Positions 1 through 17,374 are shown, counted from the first letter of the stretch. The stretch is DNA of 64,000 bases from Trichinella spiralis (GCF_000181795.1 NW_003526941.1:8424495-8488494), one strand, 5' to 3'. Notes: generated by a model from the sequence alone, not told the origin. Translations and numbers: made by a program.

Positions 1-919
1 AGAGAAGGGAGGAAAAAAAATTTATTTTTCCATCTTCGTTTCGGTTTTTGTTTTAAATGTCAAAATGGGACAGGGCAGAACAGGGCAGGCTGAAAGAAGT
101 AGTAAACACCAAGTATTTTGTGGTTTCAATTAAATTTAAAAAAAGAACTGAAATTTTAACCAATCTTTTCAAATGCAGGTTCATTTCATTGCCCCATTAA
201 AGGAAAGGTAAAATTTAAATTAAATTCACACATCATATAATAGGTAGGTGGGTTTTAATATAAATGTTGAATAAAACGCGATATATAATAGTGATTTAAT
301 AAAAAAAAACACTATAATCACTCGTGTCTCAAATGGGTGTTTATTCTCTCTTTCGGACGCACAGTCTCACACAGCGAACGCTACGCAGCGCACAATTATA
401 TGGATCGACTCAATTTAAACAACACAATCACAGTACTGGTTATTATGCAAATTTGGCGTAGCCTTTATCGCATTTTTTAACGAATCCCTTTCAGCAAAGC
501 AGTGCAATTCGAATTGGCAACAAATTCCACGCTGTTGTGGTCGTTGGTTGGAATGATCAAAAATAAAGCAATTAGGAAAAAAAATTAAACATATAAAAAT
601 GTCCAACGCCTAAATACTCTTGTCCCTGTTTATCAATATTTCAAGTGAATGGAAATTCCGTCGACTGGATTGTATTGTTCCATTCCAATATGCAAATTAA
701 ATGATCGAGACCATTTCATTTCCATATCATGATTACATGCGGCGACTCTTCGAATACTTTTTCCACTCTCAAACAGTGAACGTTGGCGTTGACCGACAAT
801 TCTTCGATGGATTTTCCACCGTCAAGTTGTTGACAATCGATCCGTGATACACTTCCATCGAATTTTGGGTATGGAATTGGCCAAAAGGATCGGATAAGCG
901 GTAATTTGCCTAATCAGAC
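1..919. repeat. Error-rich duplicate of ~37889-38742 (5' end of the WAP gene, intergenic DNA and 3' end of NPRL2)
   Basis: Near-identical to ~38410-38742 over ~590-919. Single-base insertions and homopolymer expansions increase towards position 1. Ends at an N gap. Includes the last ~67 codons of NPRL2 (716-919, minus). Confidence 0.9.
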
Positions 920-929
920 NNNNNNNNNN

Positions 930-1061
930 CTGTGGTGGATTCCTGCTTGTTTCCTTAAAACCACATTTCTTATACCGATGCTTGCTACGAAAAGTCAAAT
1001 GATCTGCAGCACAGAAATTTTGGCCCTGGTGTTCACAAGTTTTTGTGACATCTTTACAAAC
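930..1061 (-). CDS. Possible exon encoding a degenerate ShKT-like Cys domain, truncated by the gap
   Basis: Acceptor tttgatcag followed by open frame VCKDVTKTCEHQGQNFCAADHLTFRSKHRYKKCGFKETSRNPPQ. The CxDxxxxC...C...KxCGF spacing resembles ShKT, but only 4 of 6 Cys are present. Confidence 0.3.
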
Positions 1062-2334
1062 CTGATCAAATAACCAAAATGAAATTTATTTGTTCAGATT
1101 CTGTTCTTAAGTTGTTTCTCGAATCACTGAATACGGGAATGAATAATGCGCATTAATTTTATTCACCAATAACAATGTAGATTTCCTTCGCTTTCTAGTT
1201 TATGAAAATGGTTAAAATCCATCTACCCGAGAAATAATAAATTGAAAGTGTTATGTTTTCGTGCCTGAATTTCATTTTTATGTTCATTTTACCCTATGAA
1301 ATGCTGTTCGTATGTAACTGATCTATGTGACTACATATGACACATAGATAAAAACAATTCAAAATAACACTTTTTATTTATAGTTTTCATGGAATCATGC
1401 ATTATTTCCCTCTATAAATGACCCCTTTGCTAACTTGCAATTTTGTATCATATCTGTTAAATAATTAACTGAGTACTATTGTTAGTTTCTGTAATAAATA
1501 ATTGTACAATACTGTTCCCATATATGAAGAAGAAATTCAATAATACATTTGTGTTCCCTATGGGCACGCCTTTTGTTCTACTGAGCTTATATGCAAATAT
1601 CTTTGAAAGATTAGAATAAATGCCATGTATATGAGAATTAAGTTTGTCATAAATTGTTATTTCTATTTTATTTTCACAATTTTTCAAAACAATCAATTTT
1701 GACCAAAAAACAAAATATCACAATCCATTTTGCATAAGCGTCATTTGAATGCCAATGAACTGGAGACATAAAAATCAATCAAACAGCCACATTCCTTGGT
1801 ATCGTTCAGATGATCAGTAAATAATTAGGATCATGAAGAGATTAGAAATCAATGAAATGATTGTTAATTTCATGAAATCAAACCATATTCAAGTCACACG
1901 ATAGAACACTCAGGTATTAAATAAATGTTGACAGCTACAAATTGAGAAAATTCAATTCTACTGGGTCGAATAAAATGAAATAAACTAATAGGAAACTAAT
2001 AAATGGAAGATTTTATGGGCATTTCAAACCGTCATTAAACAATTTCTATAAATTTATTCCAAATGGACGGAAAATGAAGAAAAATCTACTTGCCCAAAAC
2101 AAAGAAATATTGCACAAGACTTCGCAACTTCAACGAATATCTGACGATAATGCAAAACACGTTTCCTATATCAAAACTCAACCATCCTGGAGCCGTTTCA
2201 AGGGAGTTCCAGATGGGCTGCTTTCCTGGGTATTAAGATAGGGGCATGCAAACTTTACAGGCCATTTATTCAACAAGTTCGGGTTATTTTGCCATGGAAC
2301 TTTTCCAGAAACCTTTTAATTTATCAACCTTTAG

Positions 2335-2823
2335 CAATATTTATACAAAAGAAACGAAATTTTTGAAAAAAGTCTACTTTTGAAAATCACAGAAACAGCA
2401 AAGGTTATAGCCTTGCTTTTTTGAAAAGTCGAAAATTTTAAGTTATTGAAAAAGTTATTTCAATTGATCAGAAAAATTAAGTTAATCATTACAAACCTGG
2501 TCGCACGTCGTACAAACGCGTATTGCCGAGATATNNNNNNNNNNNNNNNNNNNNNNNNNNNNNNNNNNNNNNNNNNNNNNNNNNNNNNNNNNNNNNNNNN
2601 NNNNNNNNNNNNNNNNNNNNNNNCAATCTTTTACACAGGATTCGATATTTTAATAGAAAGTTTATTATTTGAAAATCACAGTAACAGCAAAGGTTTTAGC
2701 CTTGTTTTTTTGCAAAGTCGAAACTTTTAAGTTATAGACAAATTCATTTCATTGATCAGAACAATTAAGGTAATCATTACAAACCTGGTCGCACGTCGTA
2801 CAAACGCGTATTTGCCGAGATAT
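2335..2823. repeat. ~200 bp imperfect direct repeat flanking an N gap (probably unmerged contig overlap)
   Basis: ~2335-2534 is repeated at 2624-2823 (e.g. aatcattacaaacctggtcgcacgtcgtacaaacgcgtatt in both), separated only by Ns. Confidence 0.8.
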
Positions 2824-4338
2824 TGCAAAAAAGTTGTACAATGATGCGATTTTAGTGGGGACGTCAGAGATAGAAACAAAACCTGCGCGCTTGATAATAC
2901 ATCTTATAATTGCATTTCATTAGCATTTATACAAAAATTTGAACAAATACCCGCGAACAAAAGTTGCCGATTCCAATAACATTTGTGCCTGCATTTCACT
3001 TTTGTAATACAGAAACCCTTTGAAATCCAAATTTTAAAACCTGTAATATATTGAAAATAATTATCCCTTTGAGGAGAACGCATTCGTTGAAAAATTTGCT
3101 AGTTGAATGTCAAAACAATGTCTGTTATTCATTATTCAAATGGAAAAAGCAAAGCATGTACGTAGATCATTTATGAAAATTTTCGATGTATTATTATTAT
3201 ATAATAGATGAACCGTTTGAAATTACGTCATTGTATTATTGCATTAGTGTTTACTCATTTATCGAAAACTAAAATTGAAAGTATAAGTTGAAAAGAGATT
3301 GTAATCTTTTGAACATAGAAAACTTGAAACAAATTGTGTAACAGCAAATCATTGTCACGTTTCTTTTTGCATATTTCTGGCATAGTAATTCAATAATCTG
3401 CATAATACGTGACAAAATGAAGAAATTTCAATGTTTTTGATTACTATGTTTACAAATACGCAATGTACTGCAGGCTATAATGAATACAATTAAGTTTTTC
3501 ATTTCAGACTTGTCCTGTGAAGAAAAGTTTAATATATTTTCACATTGAATAATCAAATGCTTTATCAACAGTGAAAGCTCAACTGAAGTGGTCACTTTGA
3601 TTTTTAAAATGTTCAAAAATGAAAAACCTTTAATTACATGCAAAACAATGCTTTACCGTTTTCATTTTCACTTCAAAGGCTTTCTTTGATTTATTATTAG
3701 TAAAAGTGGCCTCTATAAAAATAATATATATTTGCACAGATTTACGTATCTCTGGATATTACGTGATTCGTTTCGTAGTTGAAAGAATTCCAGTATTTGC
3801 AGTGATATTAACTGACATTCTAAGAAGTGAAATAGTTAATTATCGCTGAAATACATACTAATATTGAACTTGTAATCACTTTCAAGAACTTCTGATGACA
3901 AGAGTAGTTGTTTCTAATAATGTAATCTAAATAATTGAACAGATAAATATTTATTTCGTTTCAACAGAATTTGGAATGGCATTGTTTGTTAAATTGAAAT
4001 TTTTTCACCAATTTCAAGCTCACATCTCAATCAACAGCTCAAAATTCAGTCACTCTCACCTCTAATATCTGAATGACAAGCAAGTACCATGCATATTATA
4101 ATAAAGTATCAAGGTTCCCTTGAATATAAAAAAAGCGGTTTAACGATTGTAATTAATACATCTGATTATGTTAATATATAAATATTTAAATCTATGAAAT
4201 AATAATAATAATAATAATTGTAATAATCAAACAACGTTCCTGCATTACTGTATTATTGAAAATGTTATCAGTGTGATGAAATGAAGGAAAAAAGGAAAAT
4301 CATAGAAAAAAAAACAAGCAAATACCAGCAGAGTTCAA

Positions 4339-5817
4339 TTAGAATTCTTTCAGAACAGCATTTAAGCGTTCTAGAATAATTTCCGCGTGACAAGTTTGAA
4401 AAGTGAGCATTGGCCTGAATCGAATGGATGCTTCGCCGCATCCGCCCATGTTAATGCCGCGTTGGCGCATCCGTGTCAATATATTGTCGCGGGTGGCTAC
4501 GTCTCGGCATGTTATCGCACAGAATGTTCCAAGACCGCGGGCGCTGTGGACTAAGGCGGGAAATTTTTCCTCCAACGCTTGCAAACCTGCCAAAAGTGTA
4601 CGGCCGGCAATTTGCGTGTTTTGGAGCAAATTGTCGCGGCGAATGACGCGCAACGTCACGTCCAACAGCGCTAGCTTCGACGGATCGCCAAGCCATGTGT
4701 TGAAAATTCGATAACCCTGTTTGACGTAGAATTCCGGCTTGAAATAGAAACCACCCAGGTACATCTTTTTGGAAAACGTCACCAAATCTGGCGATTCGGG
4801 CAAATCCCAGTGCTCGTGGGCCCACATCCTACCAGTGGCACCGCATCCGGTCTGCACTTCGTCGACAATAAACGCCGCACCGGCTTGTTTGGTCAGCTTT
4901 TGCAAGTCGGTGAAAAATTCCTTGGACGCAAAATTGTCCCCACCTTCGGCTTGTATCGGTTCCACCAACACGGCGGCGACATCTCTGCCCCGCTGTTTGT
5001 ACACTTCCATCAACTGCTGCACCTCGGCCAGACACTGCTGATCTTCATTTCTGTTGTAATCGGCATGCTCGTCGAGCGGATATTTGTAACGGGGAAACGA
5101 CGCCATCGGCCAGTCGAGAGCTGGCATGTCGACCTTGTGTATCGCTTTGGAATGGGTGCAAGAGAGGCAGGCCATCGTTCGACCGTGAAAGCCGCCCTGA
5201 AAGCTGAGCACGCTCAACTGAGGGGATCCGGGAGGTTGGTTCTGCATCGAACTGCGCATATCGTCCGCGGTCGGCTCTTTGCCGCCACGTTGCTTTGTTC
5301 TGTACCATATGAAAGCAGTTTTGAACGCGTTTTCGTTGGAACATGAACCGCACATCATCGTCGCCACGTTCTTCATACCCGGCGGTGCGACGACCAACAA
5401 CGAACTGCGCAACGACTGGACGTGATCTTTGGGCGGATACACGCCCAAAGCTGGTCGATTGATAAACATACTTCTCATGTTGGTCGATTTGACCGCTTCT
5501 ATCAAATCCGGGTGGTTGTAACCGATTGGGATTGAAGCAATCTGCGAGTACACATCCAACAGCATGTTGCCGTCGACGTCGGCAATGTAATTACCGATAG
5601 ATTTGGTGTAGTCGACGAAAAACTGCACCGCGTCGCTGTTCTGTATTTCGGATAATTCATTTTTCAAACGCAACGAATTCGGACCAGGTATGGCAGTTGT
5701 GACAACAGGACCCTCTGGTTCGCCGGCTACAAGGGGTTTAGCCAAACAAAGTTTCCTCCTGAAGCAGGAGAAGAGCAACGGCCAACGATGAACAGCAGTG
5801 GGTAACAAAATTGTCAT
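4339..5817 (-). CDS. ABAT: 4-aminobutyrate (GABA) aminotransferase, mitochondrial; intronless CDS
   Basis: 492 aa ORF with class III aminotransferase motifs CGSCSNENAFK, GGFHGRT, VEPIQAEGGD, DEVQTG, TFSKK (PLP lysine) and RIFNTWLGDP. Basic N-terminal presequence. Confidence 0.97.
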   Translation of the reverse strand: MTILLPTAVHRWPLLFSCFRRKLCLAKPLVAGEPEGPVVTTAIPGPNSLRLKNELSEIQNSDAVQFFVDYTKSIGNYIADVDGNMLLDVYSQIASIPIGYNHPDLIEAVKSTNMRSMFINRPALGVYPPKDHVQSLRSSLLVVAPPGMKNVATMMCGSCSNENAFKTAFIWYRTKQRGGKEPTADDMRSSMQNQPPGSPQLSVLSFQGGFHGRTMACLSCTHSKAIHKVDMPALDWPMASFPRYKYPLDEHADYNRNEDQQCLAEVQQLMEVYKQRGRDVAAVLVEPIQAEGGDNFASKEFFTDLQKLTKQAGAAFIVDEVQTGCGATGRMWAHEHWDLPESPDLVTFSKKMYLGGFYFKPEFYVKQGYRIFNTWLGDPSKLALLDVTLRVIRRDNLLQNTQIAGRTLLAGLQALEEKFPALVHSARGLGTFCAITCRDVATRDNILTRMRQRGINMGGCGEASIRFRPMLTFQTCHAEIILERLNAVLKEF

Positions 5818-8473
5818 CGCTGCAGCAGCAGTTGGAACAATTGGAAATGTTCAACGTCCTTGCAGCAGCAAGAATACTGCAGACAACTTTTATGGAGCGT
5901 TTATAGAAGAAAGCGGAGACAAGCAGATCAATAATAAAGAAGGACGACCGGAGAAACTTGATCAGTAATTTCAGACGTGCTGCAGTCAGCAGTCGTACGC
6001 GGCTATCATCTAATTTCTCCAACTGGTTCACCGCAAACAATTCATCCAACAAATAATACCAACAACCAATAATAATAATAATATTCTTGCCTGACCAAGC
6101 AAAAAAAATTTTTTTTTATTTTTCAACAATGAAGCAACCCTTATATCAGTGTGAATGAATATATCAATAAAAATGAGATGAAATACGAAAATAAGAGAAA
6201 ATATAGAACAAAACCGTGAAAAAGAATTATTCGTCGTCAATTATTCTCAGTTTCAACGCAATCTGTCAGTTGAGCTTACACTTTGCCTGAAGCTGTCAAA
6301 CTGTTTGATCTTCGCAGACAAGTAATAAACAACTTGCACAATGCCTATGGCTAATCACTGCCATTCAACAAACAAGCACAAAGCAACAACCTGTTTATCA
6401 AGCGCATAATTCATTCCCCACATTTACAGTAAACTACCGATAAGCATGGTCGTCTATTGAAATATCGTTTAATAACAGAATACAATTATTATCTAGTTTC
6501 TGTAAAGTAAAAATCAAATCAGTTCAACCAAAATACCAGTAGAACCGAACTTCTCACCTATTCTTCCATTTCAAACATGGATAACAGATTGGTTTCATAA
6601 ATACATTAAAATTAAAAATACTTTAATTATACTTTGGTTTTGAATTGAATTTGAACAGAAGAGAAGAAAACTTGCAACAAAAAATAACATACCTTCAAAT
6701 ATAATAGATAATTTTATCATCAACGTAATAATGAACAACTTGTAAAGATTAAAATATTGGCAGAACAGAACAGATCGAACAATAATATAAAATGCAACGA
6801 ACAGCAGCAGCGCAAAATTACTTATAAAATTCGTTGCACATTTATGAAAATCACTTCATTATATGCAAATTTCAATATTTGCTTTCCATCACCAGTTTGT
6901 AATAATAACAACACCGCTACAAACTTTCTTTTGCAATTTGCATTCGCAACGACTTTCCTCGTGATTTAAAGTATTGTAAATATTTCAGAATGTAGAGTTT
7001 TTGACATCAACTGAGCTAATGCGTGTTTGCCGTAACGCACTTGATTTTATTTGCTGTGCCTTTGACTGCAATAAAGTATACATGCTAAGTAGAATCTAGT
7101 TCGCTGATAAAAGTCAACGATCAATATTACGCTCGAACAGAAGAGAATCTGTTACCAGGACGACTGAATTTGAAAAAAGATATTCTTAGCTTGCAGGGCT
7201 ATTTTCCCAGACTACAATTCTCACTTCATATCAATTTAATATTTCAATTAATATAAAAAACTATTTCCAATAATCATGTTTGGGCACATAAGTCTCTTAG
7301 CTATTTGATATAAATACTGGATAATACTGTCAACTAAAAATTGAAAAATTCAACAACAAAGCCTGAAAAACATGAAAAGTGATGCAATAAAACTGCTACA
7401 AAGAACAAAAATCTTATTAAATTTCATTAAAAAATAAATATAATATACTGTAAACTGATTTATCATTCTGCTCGTATAAAACATGTCAGTTTTCCATTAT
7501 TGCCCAGGTATTAGTGGATTTTATTTTCGCGCATCATTTCAAATTAAACGCTTCAATCGTTTGGAAATAGGAATGCACGACCGCAACCAGTTGAATGTAC
7601 AATTCAAATCTGTTTTAAATATTATCCTGTCTAAGTTTCTTTTGTTATTTCATCTAGTAGAAAGCAAAAAAACTTGATAACACTAACACAGTTCAGAAGA
7701 AGTTCAAGTTCTTATTCAAAATCATAAAACATAATCAAAACCCCCATTATAAGAATAAATAAAATTATGTGCAATTTTAAAATATTAAAATAACAACAGC
7801 AGACTTTTGCACCTGAATTTGGGTTACTGTAGTGATGACTGTTACGACAACATAATGAAAATAAAGTAAATGGGGGATGCAGAACAACAACATGGCGTTT
7901 ATGCGTTTGTGTCAATTACTGAAGTGTTATTATATCGCTTGCACTGCTAGTATCGAGTTATATATTGCTTGGAGGGATATTTGCGCGCTGTTGTTTCATC
8001 GAGTACAACCGGTCCGTTGCAGAATATGAATAAACGAATAGACAAACGGTGCAATTATACAAACAGAACAGATCAGTCACAATTAGTCTGATTTTCCAAC
8101 TTCAGACTGGGCTTAATAGTCCACTGTACCTGATGTCGATAAATTTTGTTCGAGTTTGTTAAATTATTTGTCAAAATCACTCAATAATAATAATAATAAT
8201 CAAGTCGAGTGATTCATAACTGAAAATAATGAAATACCGGAAACCGAAATCTGTGAATTTCATAAATAACAAATAAACTAACATACATAATACATAACTT
8301 GCAAATCGAAATAATACTGTATGACAAATTTTAATACATTTTACATTTTTTGGAAACATACTGATTTCTTCAAATTAATTTAAAATACATAAGATCTTTA
8401 AATAAAATGCTAATATATTTTTCTGAGAGCAATACATATATACATTTCCTATTATGTGAAACTTTTGTAGAAA

Positions 8474-11028
8474 ATGAACGTAAAATGGAAATATTTTAGC
8501 ATCAGATCAATGCATCGTATGGCCAAAATTACATTTCATCGAATCATCTCATCCTATTCAAGAACACTGCACAAATCATCAATTTTAAACTATGATGATT
8601 ATACAAATAAATCATTCTATGACATTGGTGAACATCCTTACAAGCGCGTGTGGGAGATCACGAAACTGGATTTCCAGGTAATACATTTTATATCACTAAA
8701 TAATGCTTTTATTTTTAATAAACACATAATGTATTGTTTCTGACATTCTATAATTGTAATTATAATTACGTATTCTTAATCATTTGTTTTTTTTCATCCC
8801 ATCTCTTAAACCGTATAATCAAAGCAAAGGAACAAAACGAATAACCCTGTAAACTGTAAACAAACAAAAAGGCATTCCAACTACCTGTAGTGATGATCTA
8901 TTTATTAACAGAAAGGAGTGTTATTTTTACTTTAATTAAATAATATCTTTTTCAGCGAAACAGAATTCGTTACAATCAGGCGAAATACGATTATTACAAA
9001 CGTCGCGGAAAGCTGACAAATATGATGAAAAGCGTTTGTGATTTAGAACTCTTACCTATGGAATGTACAGTAGCAATAATTGGAGGCGGTCTTGTTGGTT
9101 CTGCATGTGCTTGGTGGATAAAACAGCGAATACGAGACGATGACTTGAAAGTTGTTGTCATTGAAGCCGACTCTACAGTAAATATACTTTCAACTGTACT
9201 TACATGGAAATGATGTTCAAATTTCTTTCACTTATACAGTTATGATTAATTTAAACGTTGTTATAATTTTAATCAAATTTTATAGTTTATTATTTAATTC
9301 TTCGACAAAAAGGCTAACATATGATGCAAACCTGAATATTATAGTTTTCAATTAGCTCAACGATTTTATCACCTGGTGGAATTTGGCAACAGTTCAGTTG
9401 TCCAGAGAAAGTTCAAATGTCTTTGTTCACTGCAGAATTTTTGCGCAATGCCAACGAACATCTCAGAATTTTAGGTTTTTAGAAAAAAATTTCTGGAAAT
9501 TCACTAGATTTTTTAATTCTGTTGCAATTTTCTTCAGAAAACGATCTGCCAGCTTTCAGATTCACCCCCATGAATTCATTGTTTCTAGCGGACAACGAAG
9601 AAAAAGCAAACGCAATGGTGCAAAACCATAAAATGCAGACGTAAAATGCATCCTCATTTTTACAGTGCACTGTCATTCAAGTGGAGTCAAGTTGACCTTT
9701 TTCTCAGTGATCTAGGTGCCAAGGTGAAGCTGCTCAACAACGATGAGCTGCAGCTGATGTTTCCATTTATGCGTTTTGGTGACATTGTTCTTGGTTCACT
9801 GGGTAGAGGAAAATTCAAACGAACTACTATAATTTGTTCTTAGACTAAAAACATGTTTGAAATAATGATTTTCAGGTTCGGAAAATGAAGGAGTTTTCGA
9901 CGGTTGGCAACTACTGTCTGCTTTCCGAGAAAAGAACATCACTTTGGGAGTGCAGTATATCAAAGCGAAAGTGACAGGATTTCTCTACGAATGGAACAAT
10001 GACCAGTCTCCTGCTAAAGTACTTTCAGAACGTGATCAGTGGAAGCACAAATCTCTGCGTCGACTTGTGGTAGATTTGATTTTTACACTGGTAAAAATAA
10101 TTACACCTACATAATGCGGAACTGTTCAAATTTAGATGGAACCTCAGGTAACAGATTGTGCACCCAGAGCTTTGTACTCCTACTTATTCATAAACTGTGC
10201 TGGTGCATGGTCTGGCGAAGTAGCTGAGATGGCTGGATTTGGCTTGGGCGAAGAAGTCATGTCTGTTCCGATTCCAGTTGTTGCCAGGTATGTGTGGAAA
10301 AATCACAACGTGCATACACATTTGTATATTGTATGCAAAGAACATATATAAATGGTGCTTTCTATTGAACTTACAGGAAACGATACGCGTTCATATTTCA
10401 CTGTCCAGATGGTCCATCTCTAGATATGCCTTATTTGTTCGATCCAAGTGGGGTATGGTGTCGTCGAGAAGGCTTGGGACATCTCTATATATGTGGGAAA
10501 AATCCAAGCTGGGTAAGCAGTCTGTATAGAGTAGTTTTAGATGTTGTTATTGTTTTCAAACTCGTTTCTCATCCATAATATTACGTATCAGGAAGAGGAC
10601 AACCAAATCGATCACAGCAATCTCGACGTTGACTATGATTATTTCGACACGAAAATCTGGCCAGTGTTGGCAGCCAGAGTACCCAGCTTCGAAAAGCTAA
10701 AAGTCTGTTCATCATTTGCGACGACAAGTCCAAATTTCCATTACCTTTACACAGTTGTATTCTTTTTTATTTTCAGGTTAAAAACTCTTGGGCATATTAT
10801 GTGGACAGAAATTTATACGACAACAGCGCTATCATTGGTCCACATCCGTTCCATTCAAATTATTATCATTGTGGAGGTTTTGACGGCATGGCTTTGCAGC
10901 ATGGCATTCCCGCTGCTCGAGCCTTGATGGAACAGTTCCTCGAAGGAGCGTATGTCAGTATTGATCTACGAGACTTTCATCTCAGTCGCATGCTTCGTGG
11001 AAAGACAGTGAAACCAGAATGCTTCTAA
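8474..11028 (+). CDS. FOXRED1: FAD-dependent oxidoreductase domain-containing protein 1 (complex I assembly factor), multi-exon
   Basis: GT-AG exons join in frame: [97 protein letters not shown]. Start codon could be 8474 or 8510. Confidence 0.9.
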
Positions 11029-11127
11029 TTTTGATGCCTTTTACTTAATAAAATCAACTCTCGTAGATCCAATTAATTCTTTGGCTGTGCTTGGATCGAA
11101 CAATACTAATAATAGAATTTCACCGTT

Positions 11128-14362
<3,235 letters not shown>

Positions 14363-15312
14363 GTTTAAAATAAATCAGTATCTAAAAATAATACTTCATT
14401 ATCATAACTAAGATAAAACTTTCGAAATACATTAAAAAAGTACCTACAAAATATCACTTCATAATATATTAATTGTGAAAATAAATAAATATAATTATAT
14501 ATCTGCCAAACAATCGGACACACAAACAAATTTAAATAATTCTACCTGGAATTAATTTTTCTGTTGTTTAAAGTAAATGAGAAAAAATAACATACCTTCC
14601 AAAACCAAACCGCCGTTCAAAATTAACTAGAAAGCAATGCTCGCTGGCAAATACAGTAACCCATAACAAAAGAAATTATGAACAAAACTACAGTACAGTC
14701 AATGACTAAATAATAATTTGTATTAATAGCGCATACAATAATAATAAATAAAACCATTAAATCATAAATGAAATGAAGAACCTTATAAGTATATAACACA
14801 ATTTCTGCATTTCAATTCAACAAATCACAAGTTTTAAATGAAAGTTACAAAATTTTACATTCAATTACGTGAACTCTGTTACGACAGTGTAAGAAAATGT
14901 TTTGAAAATTTGGGTTATAACCCTCTTATAAAAAGAGAAAAAGAAACAACTGATGAACGTGCTAATAAATATTTAAAGGTTCTCCAACATGTATACTGTA
15001 ATTGTAACAGCAAAAAATGCAAAATGCAAAGAAAATTCATGTCACATTGGACAGCAAGATAAATTGTAAATAATAAATTAAAATTTAATATATAAGATCC
15101 AAATATTACAACAAAACGTAATACATACAATTATAAATAAAAAATAAAAGATAATAACGTTTATTTGAAAAAGCATTGGGTGAAATAAACAATTAAACTG
15201 TAGAAAATAATCGAATCTTCTTCAATTATTACTTGAAGATTTGAAGCAAATTCAGTCAGAAAAATTTAGCTCTTACCAACATGTAATAACAAATGATAAT
15301 GACGAAAGAAGT

Positions 15313-16699
15313 TCAAAATTCTACTACACGACTGTTCAACTCCTTCAGTTTAGCAATATCTTTCGAAACATTTTCACATACGTCATTCAACCTAGCCAAC
15401 TCTTTTTCAGCAATATCTTTGTTACTTTCACTGATCAATCGACTTAATTCCTGAAATGAAAAAACAACAATAAATAAAATTAAACGGATTATGAAAAAAA
15501 CTACAAACAAACGGTTCGGCTTACGTTGATAGATCGCTTTTCAATTTCGAATAGTTTATTTCTAAGAAATCCTATGTCTGTTTCGATTCCTTTGATGCTC
15601 AGCTGCTGGAAACGTTCCATGCGTTTGTTACGATTTTCCAAAACGCTTGCTCGATTTTTGATGCATTCCATTTTTTTCTATTAATAACACAGCATAACCG
15701 AAAGCAATTAACAACAAACACAATTCATACGACGTAATTTGTTTCCATTTCATTTAACTTTGTTTGCAAATCATGCGCTTCTGCTCGAGTGCAGTTAAGT
15801 GCAATTTCATACTCGGATTCACGCCGTTTAGCTTCAGCAAGTTTTTTTGCATAATACTGAAAAAAAATATTTTAAAGATCCATAGGAATAACTTTACCTG
15901 AAATATTACGTACAAGCGCTTGTCGATCCTTTTGCTTCATAAATTGCACACATTGACAACATTTCAGTGCTGTTGATGTTTGACGACTTTCAGGAGTTAT
16001 ACCCATTAGCTCTTTGCGTAAATCCAAATTCTCACGAATAAGTTGCTGAGTTACCTTTCGAAATGGAGTAAGACTGAAATTGTTTCACCAAATTAAAAAG
16101 AAAAATATATTCTTTTATGAGTCTTACTTTGCACTTTTGAACTGAACAGTGTCTTTTTCCATTTCTCTTTCCGAAACCATTTCCTTTTCATTCGTCAAAT
16201 CTTAGTCATATATATAAAATGTATTCTTAATGTTTGATTGCATTTTCTCAACAACAGTTTCTTACCAGTAGATAATAACCTTTGCAAGTCAAATTTTTCT
16301 TGTTTAAGCTGCTCAATCTGTTCCTCAGCTTCTTCTAACCGTAACTACGACAAAAAGAAAATCATTGAAATAAAAGAATCATAATAAACGAAAAAAAGAG
16401 TAACTAAAGATATGAATGCATTTTCAAAAACTATTAAGCAACAAATTTTAAATTAGGTCTAGTCACCAATTACTTTCAGTCTGATATTTTCCTGGCGTAG
16501 TGTTCGAACTTTCTGAAATAGCAGCTCATTTAGCGATTCGCGATTACCACTTTTCAACTCTTCACCTGCTAATCTCTAAATCAAATAACAGCAAGCAATA
16601 CACAGAAGAATACAGACAAATTGAATAGCAACAAACCGATGTGTAGCCCGTGTCCTCGAAATCGTTTTCATCACAATCACACATTTTATCAGCTGCCAT
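15313..16699 (-). CDS. Coiled-coil protein, CCDC77-like, multi-exon
   Basis: Series of GT-AG exons with heptad-rich sequence (RLEEAEEQIEQLKQEK). The segment QLSIKGIETDIGFLRNKLFEIEK resembles the remembered CCDC77 C-terminal motif EGFxTDIxxLRxKLxxLE. Internal exon joins were not all verified. Confidence 0.55.
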
Positions 16700-17336
16700 C
16701 AAATGTAACAACAACAGAAAACACTAACATCTGAAAACAAAGAGTAATTTATTCAAAACTGAATCTTCAATCTGCAATTGGGCACCACTTACCAACAAAA
16801 AATTGAAATAAAATGAACAAACCAGTTACTTCAAGGCTAACTGAAATTTTAAAGTCAACATTACAGTAACTCATTTTCAGGTATAATTGTTGTATTCATT
16901 TTCTGTTTAAAGTCAATTGAAATAATTAAAGTTTTAATAATCATTGCGATGTTTTGAATTTATGAAATGTTAAGCTGTTACATTTCAAATTTCAAATTTT
17001 TGATAAATGTCTAAAATAAATGAACTTACTGTTTGTGATTTTTTGTTGCTCTTGATTTCAAATTTATTTATTCACTTACATTCAGTTTGCAATAAATAAT
17101 ACAGTGAATAATAAATACATTTGTTTCAATAAATTCATCTTTACTTTGCCTGATAAAATTTGCAAGTTACTTTTAGTTTGCTTGAACAGCTTCTTCCATC
17201 ATATACTTCTGCTCAGATGATTGTGAAAAAAGAACTTCATGCAATTTCACGCATTTCATTCACAAAAGCAAAAATATTTCAGTAAAATAAGTAAATAAAT
17301 AAAAATTGAAATCATAAAAGTGTGCTTCACAGACAA

Positions 17337-17374
17337 GACAACAACAACAGCAACAGCAGCAGCAGCAGCAGCAG
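17337..17374. repeat. (CAA/CAG)n trinucleotide microsatellite just 3' of the TLX stop
   Basis: acaacaacaacagcaacagcagcagcagcagcagcag. Confidence 0.8.

Noticed and set aside
2335..2823. Tandem repeat or LTR-like pair around the N gap, including the 94 aa ORF at 2446
   Set aside because: Pattern of an unmerged contig overlap. The ORF runs through Ns.
4403..5353. Multiple overlapping ORFs inside ABAT (likewise inside NPRL2, the IR-like gene and CDC23)
   Set aside because: Shadow frames of GC-richer coding sequence, with no independent motifs.
6989..7255. Possible plus-strand exons between ABAT and FOXRED1
   Set aside because: No start exon or homology. Insufficient support.
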